Shown here piece after piece: positions 37,321 through 45,649 of a stretch of DNA of 47,268 nucleotides. Origin of the DNA: Myxococcota bacterium. GTDB lineage: Bacteria; Myxococcota_A; Polyangia; Polyangiales; Houyiibacteriaceae. The notes beneath the pieces are model-generated. The model did no database searches, had not been told where the DNA came from, and saw nothing but the letters and a program-made list of their open reading frames with translations. Both the position numbers and the translations under genes were made by a program. Location: contig JBCCEA010000030.1 of assembly GCA_039030515.1 (NCBI GenBank), positions 1-47,268 of the forward strand. The letters run 5' to 3'. Position 1 is the stretch's first letter. The number at the start of each line of letters is the position of its first letter.

Positions 37321-38975
37321 CGACTTCTCTCCTCTGCCAACCAGCCACGGAGTACGCGTGCGGCACGCTGTGGATCTTCGGACGCAAGGGTCGCCGCCAA
37401 GAGTCGAAGTTCGGTAGCCTCTTCATCTCGACCGGGATCGCCGCTTTGCAGCGCAGCTTTTGCCGACTCGCTCTTAATGCTGGCTTCCAAGTCTCGCACC
37501 GAGGTTGGCTGGGTCAGCACGGGCGGAGGAACCTCTCCGGTGGAGAGTGCGCGCTCACGTTCCGCCTGAGCTCTGCGCTCTTTTTGGCGCTTCTTAAAGC
37601 CCCGCCTCCAACTCATCAGCATGATAAGTCCGACAAGGCCGAGCACCGCGTAGCCTATAGGTTTGAAGAGAGGGCGATACGGATCCAGCGGAGCGAGTGG
37701 ATCTACCACTTCAGGTTCAGGATTCTCACTCGATGCAAATGGCATGCACTGAACCGTTACCGTGTCGCCTCGGTCCGCGTCTGCCCCCACAGCACTTCCG
37801 GCGATCGACTGTATCCGCTGCAGTTCATCCTCGCTTCTCGGGGTAAAGCTGCGCGATTCGTCTTCACCATCCTCCCACGTACCGTCCACCATGATTGCGA
37901 CTGTGAGTCGCTGAATTCTGCCGATTGGCCGCGCTGTTCTCCGGACGGTCTTGCTCGGCTCGAAATTGCGTGTTTCTGTTCGGCGTCTGGTCCCGCCGCG
38001 CTCTACGTTGCTTTGGGCCGGATCCCCGCCCGGTAGGTTTGTTGCCGCTCCAGGAATGCCTGCGGCTTCCCTCGTCAGGGTTCCATCGGTCTCTTCTTCT
38101 ATCTGAAAGCTTCGGGTTGCGGAGGCTTGAGGGTCGTATCGCTCCTCCATGACTTCCTGACGCGAGAAATCAACCTCTGCAGCAACTCGTACTACCGCTC
38201 TGCCGGGACCTAAGGTTGCGTCGAGGATCTCCTGGACCGCTCGTTGTTTTGCCTGCTCTACACGCTTTCGGTACGCAAGAGCATCCGTAGTGCCTTCCTC
38301 TTCGGCGTTGCGTTCGCTGGTTAGGTTCCGGCCCTCTCCGTCAACGATGATGACGGATTCGTCCTCGAGACCACGCACGCTGGATGCAACTAGATGGACT
38401 ATTCCGCGAACTTGATCCTCTCGCATTTGCCATCCCGGTCGCAGCTGAAGAGCGATCGATGCGCTTGCAGGAGTGTCTGCTGAGGTAAACACCGAGCGTT
38501 CAGGCAGAACCAAATGGACGCGAGCAGAGTCGACGCCGGAGACGGAAGAAATCGTGCGTGCAAGTTCTCCCTCCAGTGCACGGTGGTATTTTACCTGTTC
38601 GCTAAACTCACTTTCTCCGAAGCGTTGCTCATCAAAAAGTTCAAATCCGACGTTTCCGCCCCTAGGTATGCCTTCAGCAGCAAGCGTGAGCCGAGTTTCG
38701 TGAATCTGGTCTTCTTGAATTAAGACCGTGTTTCCTCCGCCAGCCAGCTTATATGGAAGATTGAGTGCCTTCAGACGTTCTACGACACGGGCAGCGTCAT
38801 CTTGCGCAAGATTTGAAAATAAGACGCCCATAGACGGCTGCGTCACTTGGGAGAATCCGAACACTCCAGCGCCCACCAGTGCGGCAGCGCCCAGAATTAC
38901 CGCGAGCTTTCGGGTCATCGGTTGCTGACCCCATTGACTTCGGGCCTGATCGAGTCTGTCGTTTAGATTCTCCAC
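37317..38975 (-). CDS. fliF: Flagellar MS-ring protein
   Basis: Two transmembrane helices, VGFELFD, RALEGELARTI, ARVHLVLP, ASSVRGL, DRGDTVTV. Confidence 0.96.
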   Translation of the reverse strand: MENLNDRLDQARSQWGQQPMTRKLAVILGAAALVGAGVFGFSQVTQPSMGVLFSNLAQDDAARVVERLKALNLPYKLAGGGNTVLIQEDQIHETRLTLAAEGIPRGGNVGFELFDEQRFGESEFSEQVKYHRALEGELARTISSVSGVDSARVHLVLPERSVFTSADTPASASIALQLRPGWQMREDQVRGIVHLVASSVRGLEDESVIIVDGEGRNLTSERNAEEEGTTDALAYRKRVEQAKQRAVQEILDATLGPGRAVVRVAAEVDFSRQEVMEERYDPQASATRSFQIEEETDGTLTREAAGIPGAATNLPGGDPAQSNVERGGTRRRTETRNFEPSKTVRRTARPIGRIQRLTVAIMVDGTWEDGEDESRSFTPRSEDELQRIQSIAGSAVGADADRGDTVTVQCMPFASSENPEPEVVDPLAPLDPYRPLFKPIGYAVLGLVGLIMLMSWRRGFKKRQKERRAQAERERALSTGEVPPPVLTQPTSVRDLEASIKSESAKAALQSGDPGRDEEATELRLLAATLASEDPQRAARVLRGWLAEERSR

Positions 38976-38983
38976 CGAAACGA

Positions 38984-39304
38984 TTAGGCTCCCATCTTCA
39001 TCACTTCACGATAGGCCTCGAGGACGCGATTGCGGACGGTTCCGAGCATTCGGAACTCAATATCAGCGGTTTGCATTTGAACCATGGTCCCGTGTATGTC
39101 GTTTCGCTTTCCTTCGGCAAAGTCCCGAGATACTTGCTCCGCCTCCATTTGGGTTTCGTTCACCTCCTCGGCGAACTCGCGAAGCCGCTCCACAAATGAG
39201 GGAGCATGTTCCGAGATGCTTGGATTCGGTTCTTGGGCGATGGAAGGCTCAGGAGTCTCTATTTCCGGGAAGCGAACGCTATCCGCTATCGTCGATATAC
39301 TCAT
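38984..39304 (-). CDS. fliE: Flagellar hook-basal body protein
   Basis: DIHGTMV...VRNRVLEAYREVMKM. Confidence 0.95.
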   Translation of the reverse strand: MSISTIADSVRFPEIETPEPSIAQEPNPSISEHAPSFVERLREFAEEVNETQMEAEQVSRDFAEGKRNDIHGTMVQMQTADIEFRMLGTVRNRVLEAYREVMKMGA

Positions 39305-39307
39305 GAA

Positions 39308-39745
39308 TTAGGAGCCAATCGAGAGTGCTTGTCGAGCCATGCCCTTAAGCGTCTGCATGACGGTTACACCGGCCTCGTAAGCGCGAGTTGCCGTGATCAT
39401 ATTCACCATTTCTTCGACGGCGTTGATGTTTGGCATCTCAACAAAGCCGTCTTCGTTCGCGTCGGGATGTGTCGGGTCGTACATCAGATTTGCGGGCCCT
39501 TCGTCTTCACGAATCTCCGGTACTTCGACCAAAAACGCCGAGTTTGCATGCTCGCTCTCTGCAGCCTCTGGCACCCTGTCTGCAAGAGGTACCGCGCGAA
39601 ACACTGGATCCATCCGGCGGTACGGGCCGCCTTCTTCGGTCTGTGTTGTTCGCGAATTGGCAAGATTTGAAGCGATTACGTTCATCCGCGTTCGCTCGGC
39701 AGACAGGCCGGAGGCTGCGATTTCCATTGCACTGAAGACGTTCAT
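39308..39745 (-). CDS. flgC: Flagellar basal-body rod protein
   Basis: ASGLSAERTRMNVIASNLAN, GPYRR, YDPTHPDA, PNIN..EEMVNMI.A.RAYEA. Confidence 0.97.
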   Translation of the reverse strand: MNVFSAMEIAASGLSAERTRMNVIASNLANSRTTQTEEGGPYRRMDPVFRAVPLADRVPEAAESEHANSAFLVEVPEIREDEGPANLMYDPTHPDANEDGFVEMPNINAVEEMVNMITATRAYEAGVTVMQTLKGMARQALSIGS

Positions 39746-39755
39746 TTAAAGCACC

Positions 39756-40148
39756 TCACTTCTGTGTGTCTGTTGCGGCATACCGAAGCATACCGATATG
39801 TAATCTCACGATTCGCGATGCGGCGTCGTAGCGAAGATCGTTGGCGGCAACTTTGGACATCTCCCGCTCCAAGCTCACCGCGTTGTCGTCCGCTCCCGGT
39901 TGAACTACCTGTTCTTCAAGAACGGCTTCTCCCGCCTGTTGTCGACCGGGAAGCCTTAGGTGGTCCTCATGAGTTCTCTGAACGGAGAGCTGGTTGTCGT
40001 CGTTGTCGACGCTTACTCGGACGAGTTCGAGGGGACGAAATCCAGGGGTATCGATATTGGCGACATTGCTGGCCAGTACGTTGTGTCGCTCAAGATGGTA
40101 GTCGAGCGCGGATTGAAGATCGTCTATCGGACCAAAGAACTGCGACAT
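39756..40148 (-). CDS. flgB: Flagellar basal-body rod protein
   Basis: RHNVLASNVANIDTPGF and D.NAVSLEREM motifs. Start set at ATG 40148; the longer ORF extension runs through promoter and repeat DNA. Confidence 0.95.
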   Translation of the reverse strand: MSQFFGPIDDLQSALDYHLERHNVLASNVANIDTPGFRPLELVRVSVDNDDNQLSVQRTHEDHLRLPGRQQAGEAVLEEQVVQPGADDNAVSLEREMSKVAANDLRYDAASRIVRLHIGMLRYAATDTQK

Positions 40149-40161
40149 CGAGCTTTCCTTA

Positions 40162-40177
40162 CGCAATGGCCGTGCCT
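40162..40177 (-). promoter_or_regulatory. Sigma54 (-24/-12) promoter for the flgB operon
   Basis: Minus strand AGGCAC-GGCCA-TTGCG (GG-N10-GC) matches TGGCAC-N5-TTGC. A sigma54 activator gene lies upstream. Confidence 0.75.
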
Positions 40178-40182
40178 TGCCG

Positions 40183-40198
40183 GAAAACGATTGTTTTC
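40183..40198. promoter_or_regulatory. Palindromic operator-like site next to the sigma54 promoter
   Basis: gaaaac-gatt-gttttc. Confidence 0.4.
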
Positions 40199-40287
40199 GG
40201 AAGTATGCAGTGCGTAGTTCGCCAACCCTCTGACAAACCGACGGGCTGGTGACGCAGCCAAAGGTGTGTGTTTGTGCTGGCTTATGC

Positions 40288-40655
40288 GACGCAGCACCGT
40301 ACCCGGTCAGGCACCAAGAGTGCCGCAGCACCGTACCCGGTCAGGCACCAAGAGTGACGCAGCACCGTACCCGGTCAGGCACCAAGAGCGACGCAGCACC
40401 GTACCCGGTTCGGTCCACACCTGGTCAGGTCGGTGAGGACGCAGCACCGTACACGGTCAGGCACCAAGAGCGACCCAGCACCGTATCCGTTCATGCCCCA
40501 GGATTGCGATGCAGCACCGTACCCGGTTCGGTCCACACCTGGTCAGGTCGGTGAGGACGCAGCACCGTACACGGTCAGGCACCAAGAGCGACCCAGCACC
40601 GTATCCGTTCATGCACCAGGATCGCGATGCATCACCTGGTCACGTACCAGGTTGC
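40288..40655. repeat. Hierarchical tandem-repeat array (34/48/36-bp units sharing a cagcaccgta core)
   Basis: Units start at 40288, 40322, 40356, 40390, 40438, 40472, 40508, 40556, 40590, plus a degenerate one at 40626. Pattern A A A [B A C][B A C]. A 118-bp block is duplicated at 40390-40507 and 40508-40625. Confidence 0.95.
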
Positions 40656-40699
40656 ACTACACGCCGCTCTCCCAGAATGAGATTACGAGCGACAGATGG

Positions 40700-42109
40700 C
40701 TATGCTTGCGCGAGCTCTACGTTGAATTGCTTCTTCTTCAGCTTTTCCACAAGTGTGGTGCGATTCATTTGAAGAATACTTGCGGCTCGGTTTTTGTTCC
40801 AACCCGTACGCTCGAGTGCTTGAAGAATTAACGCGTTCTCGAAGCTCTCCACAGCGTCACGTAGATTGATTCCGGCTTCTGGCAGCTCTGGTGAACCAAG
40901 AATCGGACTACCGCGCTTGTTGTTACGAACCTTCGCAGGCAGGTCTTCGAGTTCCAGTTCACCATCCGACTTTAATACGACCATTCTTTCGATCGTATTT
41001 TCTAGTTGGCGGACATTGCCCGGCCAGTCGTAACTGCAGATTGCATCTAGTGCACTTTGAGCGATTCCACTAATTCGGCGATCGCGACGCTCATTCATTC
41101 TTTGAATAAACTGTTCTACGAGTTCTGGAATATCCGAACGTCGCTCGCGGAGTTTTGGGAGCTCTATGGGGATGACATTGAGCCGATAGAGTAGGTCTTC
41201 TCTAAAGACTCCCCCTTCGACAGCCTCCTCAAGGTCTACGTTCGTTGCGGCGATCACCCGCACGTCAACCTTGTGATGCTTGGTTTCTCCAACTGGAGTC
41301 ACTTCTTTTTCTTGCAAGACGCGCAGAAGTTTTGCTTGGAGCGCTAGAGGCAGCTCCCCGATCTCGTCGAGGAACAACGTGCCCTCATCCGCTGCAGAAA
41401 ATCTTCCAATTCGAGAGTTGGTGGCACCGGTAAACGCGCCCCTCACGTGACCGAAAAGCTCGCTTTCCAGAAGATTGTCGGGGATTGCCGCACAGTTTAC
41501 GGTCACGAATGGCTTGGTCGAACGCGTGCTCGCCGTGTGTACTGCCCTGGCGATCAACTCCTTACCTGTACCGCTCTCTCCGGTGACGAGAATGGAGCAG
41601 TCCGTATCTCCCACTCTTTCGATAATGCTAAAGACCCTGAGCAACGACGGGTGTCGGCCGAGGATTCCAGGAGCGTTTGCGTCTCTCCACTCTTCGATGG
41701 GCGTTTGCTCTGAGGGTTTGACCGGTGATGTCGGCAGGGGAACTCTGCGTTGCCTCGCACGGGTAAACGCGTCGTCTAACGCGTCAAAGCTGAAAGGTTT
41801 CTGAAGAAAGTCGGCGGCTCCGTGCTGCAAAGCACGAATCGCATTATCCAGTGTTCCATTACCCGTCATCACGATAACGCTCGGCTCAGGGTTTTGACGC
41901 GCTGCTCGATCCGCAAGTTCGAATCCGAGACCGTCAGGTAGTAGAACGTCGCAGAGAATTAGTTGCACGGGGCAAGTATCAAGTATCTTGAAAGCATCAG
42001 CACAGTTTTCAGACTCAAGCACTCGAAAACCTTTTCGAGTGAGATATCGCTTTAGGGCGCCACGCAGCGCTTCTTCATCTTCAACGATGAGAACGGCGTC
42101 TTGCAACAC
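40700..42109 (-). CDS. Sigma54-dependent enhancer-binding response regulator (REC-AAA+-Fis HTH), putative flagellar activator
   Basis: REC with intact acidic pocket and Asp (VEDE, LCDVLLPD), GESGTGKE, ESELFGHVRGAFTGA, WPGNVRQL, C-terminal NRTTLVEKLKK HTH. Confidence 0.93.
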   Translation of the reverse strand: MLQDAVLIVEDEEALRGALKRYLTRKGFRVLESENCADAFKILDTCPVQLILCDVLLPDGLGFELADRAARQNPEPSVIVMTGNGTLDNAIRALQHGAADFLQKPFSFDALDDAFTRARQRRVPLPTSPVKPSEQTPIEEWRDANAPGILGRHPSLLRVFSIIERVGDTDCSILVTGESGTGKELIARAVHTASTRSTKPFVTVNCAAIPDNLLESELFGHVRGAFTGATNSRIGRFSAADEGTLFLDEIGELPLALQAKLLRVLQEKEVTPVGETKHHKVDVRVIAATNVDLEEAVEGGVFREDLLYRLNVIPIELPKLRERRSDIPELVEQFIQRMNERRDRRISGIAQSALDAICSYDWPGNVRQLENTIERMVVLKSDGELELEDLPAKVRNNKRGSPILGSPELPEAGINLRDAVESFENALILQALERTGWNKNRAASILQMNRTTLVEKLKKKQFNVELAQA

Positions 42110-42140
42110 ATCCTCCCATGCTCCGGACCGATCTGATAAA

Positions 42141-42166
42141 TACGTTCACTTTATAAATTTCTTGAG
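42141..42166 (-). promoter_or_regulatory. Candidate sigma28(FliA)-like promoter upstream of the sigma54 activator
   Basis: Minus strand CTCAAG-N16-CGTA in an AT-rich tract. The same motif occurs upstream of motA. Confidence 0.35.
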
Positions 42167-42351
42167 CACAAGAAACGGCTTTCTTCAGAGGCCAGACGGA
42201 GCCAGGAGGCGACCTCATGTGTCCATCATTGGGTCCACAGATGCCGCCCGCCTTTCGTTTCGCACTACGGACCATATCGTCATTTTCGACGTACGCCCCT
42301 AGACGCGAAGTCTTTATATCGACAGGCGTTCCCTTGGCTTCAGTCAATTTG

Positions 42352-43581
42352 TTATATTTCTTTCCGGCTTTCTTTTGCTCTACTGAGAGCTGCGGAAATC
42401 GGCTCTCCTTCTTTCCAGTTGGAAATACCGATAGATACTGACGGCTGGAGTTCTCTTTCGTCGCAGATGAACTCGGAAATCGCATCTTCCACACGCCCTC
42501 GAAGAACTGATGCAATGTGGACTGCCTGACCCGATGTAGTGCGAGGTAGAAGTAGCACAAACTCTCTTTCGCTGGTTCGAAACGCTCTGTTTCTTCCATC
42601 GCTATTCTTTCTGGTTAGCTCTGTATTGATGACTTGAGCGATGCGCCGAATTAATTTGTCGCGCTTTTCGGCTCCTTGACTTCTCTCCATAGGTTCAGTC
42701 TTGCCGACCTCAATAGTTAGAGCGCTCGTCCAATCTGGGTCATTTGCTAACTGAGTAGCGTATTCGTGCATGGCTAGGCAGTTTGGAAGACCGGTGAGGG
42801 AGTCGTTTCTGGCCATCGACTCTGCATTTCGAAGAACGCGCTCTAAGCGTTTTGCCTCTTCATTTGCAAGTTTAGCGATTTCTGCAATCTGTGACGCTTG
42901 ATCTGAACGGTGTTTGGCATAGTCGACCAATAGAGTGGCTTCAGATAAAAGCTTCTGGCGCAAACGTTCTAGCTGCTCAATTTCTTCGGATTCACGTACC
43001 TCGGCCGCGATTCTCTCCAAACGGCTTACCGGAAACTCATGAGTTGTTGCAAGAGGCCTGAGAGCCGATACGATGTCATGGAGTGCATATCGAAAAACAT
43101 CGGCCGTTTGGCGTAGCCAGTTCACGGACTCAGCTAGAGCTTCTACCTGACGCGTATAGCGTTGCGGCACGCTTATCTCCGCATCAGGTTCCTCCAAGTC
43201 GATTTGAAGTCGATTGAATACTGTTTCGGCGCTCTGCCCGTTGAGTGCATTTGCAATCTTTTTTGTACTTTCGATGCACATGCGAAGAACATGCACCACT
43301 TCAGAGCGCTCGGGCAGGTGCGCGTGAGCGAAAGGCAGGGTCAGATCGAGTAGTTCGACTCCTATCGTTTGAAAATCGGTCGCATAGCGTGCTCGCTCTA
43401 CCTCGAGTACAAGTCGCCCGCTTTTCCTTCGGAATGTTGGATCTCCTCCGTGATACGCGATCGCTCTTTGAAGTAACCTCAGTGTGTGTAAAAGGCCTTC
43501 ACGTAGTTCTGCGGTTGGAAAAGACTCTTGTGTTCTAGGGCTCGGTCTCGACGTTTCTGCGGAGCGCCGGAAAAAACTCAT
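42352..43581 (-). CDS. Helical/coiled-coil protein with degenerate C-terminal GGDEF domain
   Basis: NDSLTGLPN start motif, FRTSEREFVLLLP in place of R.GGDEF, SVSIGIS. Overlaps the motB stop (ATGA). Confidence 0.75.
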   Translation of the reverse strand: MSFFRRSAETSRPSPRTQESFPTAELREGLLHTLRLLQRAIAYHGGDPTFRRKSGRLVLEVERARYATDFQTIGVELLDLTLPFAHAHLPERSEVVHVLRMCIESTKKIANALNGQSAETVFNRLQIDLEEPDAEISVPQRYTRQVEALAESVNWLRQTADVFRYALHDIVSALRPLATTHEFPVSRLERIAAEVRESEEIEQLERLRQKLLSEATLLVDYAKHRSDQASQIAEIAKLANEEAKRLERVLRNAESMARNDSLTGLPNCLAMHEYATQLANDPDWTSALTIEVGKTEPMERSQGAEKRDKLIRRIAQVINTELTRKNSDGRNRAFRTSEREFVLLLPRTTSGQAVHIASVLRGRVEDAISEFICDERELQPSVSIGISNWKEGEPISAALSRAKESRKEI

Positions 43582-44663
43582 TCACGATCCTCAGGTCTAC
43601 GCTCTCGATCGGCGGACCCTTCTTCATCGCTCTGACGGTCGTTGTTTGCTTCCGACTCGATTGAATCGGTCATACTCTCGCTGCTCGTTGGCCGCTCGGT
43701 GTCTTGTTCTGAAGCTTGCTCCTCCTTGCTAATTGCGTTTGAGGCTTCGCCCTTGTCTGATGCATCACGCCAGCCGGTACCGGTTACCTCACTGCGGTAA
43801 CTACGTAGGTCGTTTGGTAGAATGTTGGATTCGTTCGGCGTGAGTATTCGGAAGCCGACTCCTACTCCCGGCTCTGGGAGGTTTCCGATAGCTCCTCCTC
43901 GGCGCGAAGTGGCGTTTGTTCCAGAAAAGCTCTCGCTCGCAGACTTCTTTGCGCGCTCAAAAATAAACTCAACTCGTCTGTTTTTCTGACGATTGGCTTC
44001 GTTCTCGTTGGACATGACAGGTTGCGTTTCAGCGAGGCCGGTGGCTGTGAGGCGATCTGGTTCGATTTCGTGCTCGGAAATAAGATAGCGCACCACAGAT
44101 GCTGCACGCCCAGCAGAGAGCTCCCAATTCGAAGGAAAACGTTCGTTTGCGATCGGTCGGTTGTCCGTGTGTCCTTCGACCGCGATTCCTCTGCCGAAGT
44201 TTTCTGCGATTTCTGGGATGCCTGCGATGAAAGCCTTCGCTGCGGGTCGCAGTTCAACGCTGCCTGTGTTGAACAATAGGACGTTTTCGATGCGGACGAC
44301 GATGCCGCGTTCAGACAGAAGTACCTCAACCTGGTCTTCGACTCCCTGCTCACCGATGTGTTGTTGCATCTGCCGCATTCCCAGCAGTTCTTCTTGCGTT
44401 ACGGTTGTGAGCGGGCTTGTGGGCATCGAATTGAGTTCGACCAGTGTCGTGCTCATCGCTTGAATCGGCCCTGGATCTATAAATTGCACGCCGAATGCTT
44501 CCCGGAGTGATCCTACCGCGTCGCGAAATTCGATCACGTTGAGCTCTGCAAACGAAAGTAAGAGAATAAAGAAGGTGAGTAGGAGCGTTGCGAGATCGGA
44601 GAACGTGGCCATCCATGCGGGCGCACCACCTTCCTCTCCCGATCCTTCGTCGTCGTCTTCCAA
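43578..44663 (-). CDS. motB: Flagellar stator B subunit (PomB/MotS-like) with OmpA-like peptidoglycan-binding domain
   Basis: WMATFSDLATLLLTFFILLLSF transmembrane helix with conserved Asp, VEGHTDN, NWELSAGRA, NRRVEF. Confidence 0.95.
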   Translation of the reverse strand: MEDDDEGSGEEGGAPAWMATFSDLATLLLTFFILLLSFAELNVIEFRDAVGSLREAFGVQFIDPGPIQAMSTTLVELNSMPTSPLTTVTQEELLGMRQMQQHIGEQGVEDQVEVLLSERGIVVRIENVLLFNTGSVELRPAAKAFIAGIPEIAENFGRGIAVEGHTDNRPIANERFPSNWELSAGRAASVVRYLISEHEIEPDRLTATGLAETQPVMSNENEANRQKNRRVEFIFERAKKSASESFSGTNATSRRGGAIGNLPEPGVGVGFRILTPNESNILPNDLRSYRSEVTGTGWRDASDKGEASNAISKEEQASEQDTERPTSSESMTDSIESEANNDRQSDEEGSADRERRPEDRE

Positions 44664-44672
44664 GGTGGGCTC

Positions 44673-45443
44673 CTATGCAGCGGCCGCGTCGTCGCCAGCT
44701 TTCCGATCATCAGGGGAAAGTCGGGCTTCGAGTTTGTCCTTGATGATCATGGCGTTGTACCCCTTGACGATCGAATCGATGCCTTCGATTACAACCACCA
44801 TATTGGCCGTTTCTTCCCCGGTGTAGCGCTCAAGTTTTTCTGCAATTGGGGTGAAGATCATGAACGCAAAGATCGCTCCGTATAGAGTTGTCAGCAAAGC
44901 CATCGCCATGGCTGGACCGATGGATGATGGGTCGTCCATCGATGCAAGCATGGCCACTAGTCCGATAAGTGTTCCGATCATGCCCATCGAGGGTGCAGTA
45001 GCAGCCATAAACTTAAAGAGCTTCTGTCCGCGTATATGTCGCTGCTTCATTGCAATGAGCTCGGCGGTTAGCGTGTCTCTTATCTCTTCTTGCGGGAGCC
45101 CATCTACCGCCATGCGCACGCCTTTAGCTAGAAATTCGTCTTCAACTTTCTCGTTTTCAAGCGCCAGTACCCCCTCTCTCCGCGCGATATTGGAGAGGCG
45201 AACGATCACTTCGATCGTGCTTGGAGCATCTCCCGCCGGTTTTCGAAAGGCGTTTTTGGCGACTTTGAATGCACCGAGGACTTTCGGCATACTTTCGGCC
45301 ATGAGCGTAGCGCCGATCGTGCCGCCCAGTACCGTCGCGAAGCTGGGAATGTCGATGTAGCTACTCGCCTGACCTCCCATCAATATAGAGCCGATGACTA
45401 GGCCAAAACCGATGACAATTCCAAGTACTGTACCGATGTCCAT
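44673..45443 (-). CDS. motA: Flagellar stator A subunit (PomA/MotP-like)
   Basis: ARREGVLALE and APSMGMIGTLIGLVAML..MDDP..IGPAMA.ALLTTLYGA. Confidence 0.96.
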   Translation of the reverse strand: MDIGTVLGIVIGFGLVIGSILMGGQASSYIDIPSFATVLGGTIGATLMAESMPKVLGAFKVAKNAFRKPAGDAPSTIEVIVRLSNIARREGVLALENEKVEDEFLAKGVRMAVDGLPQEEIRDTLTAELIAMKQRHIRGQKLFKFMAATAPSMGMIGTLIGLVAMLASMDDPSSIGPAMAMALLTTLYGAIFAFMIFTPIAEKLERYTGEETANMVVVIEGIDSIVKGYNAMIIKDKLEARLSPDDRKAGDDAAAA

Positions 45444-45489
45444 AAGGCGATCCGCGGTGAACCGTGAACAGATTCCCGTCTGCCTTAGC

Positions 45490-45555
45490 TACGGACGTCC
45501 TCAACAATTCTTGAGCTCGATGGTTGCTTTACGGTCGACACATCCATGGTCTTGA
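45490..45555 (-). promoter_or_regulatory. One or two candidate sigma28(FliA)-like promoters upstream of motA
   Basis: Minus strand CTCAAG-N16-CGTA (45490-45515) and TCAAG-N17-CGTA (45530-45555). Confidence 0.4.
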
Positions 45556-45649
45556 AGATCTTAATACCTAAGTGTCTGTGAGAAGAAACGCGTTTTCCGA
45601 TACAGGCGTATCCGAGGAAGCGTGCCCATAGCTCATTGTGAATTGTGCG

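Noticed and set aside
34015..38975. Injectisome (non-flagellar T3SS) interpretation of fliF/fliH/fliI
   Set aside because: Flagellum-specific flgB, flgC, fliE, fliG, flgD, flgE and motAB are present in canonical order.
40288..40655. CRISPR array
   Set aside because: Sequences between the conserved cores are themselves repeated rather than unique spacers, the 34-48 bp period is too short, and no cas genes are in the window.
40149..40831. N-terminal extension of flgB to 40331 and ORFs 40249-40554, 40433-40831, 40509-40772
   Set aside because: These are read-throughs of promoter and tandem-repeat DNA. FlgB similarity begins at ATG 40148.
43578..45443. AglRQS/TolQR/ExbBD gliding or transport motor
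   Set aside because: The B subunit has an OmpA-like peptidoglycan-binding domain and flagellar stator motifs, not a TolR/ExbD pattern.
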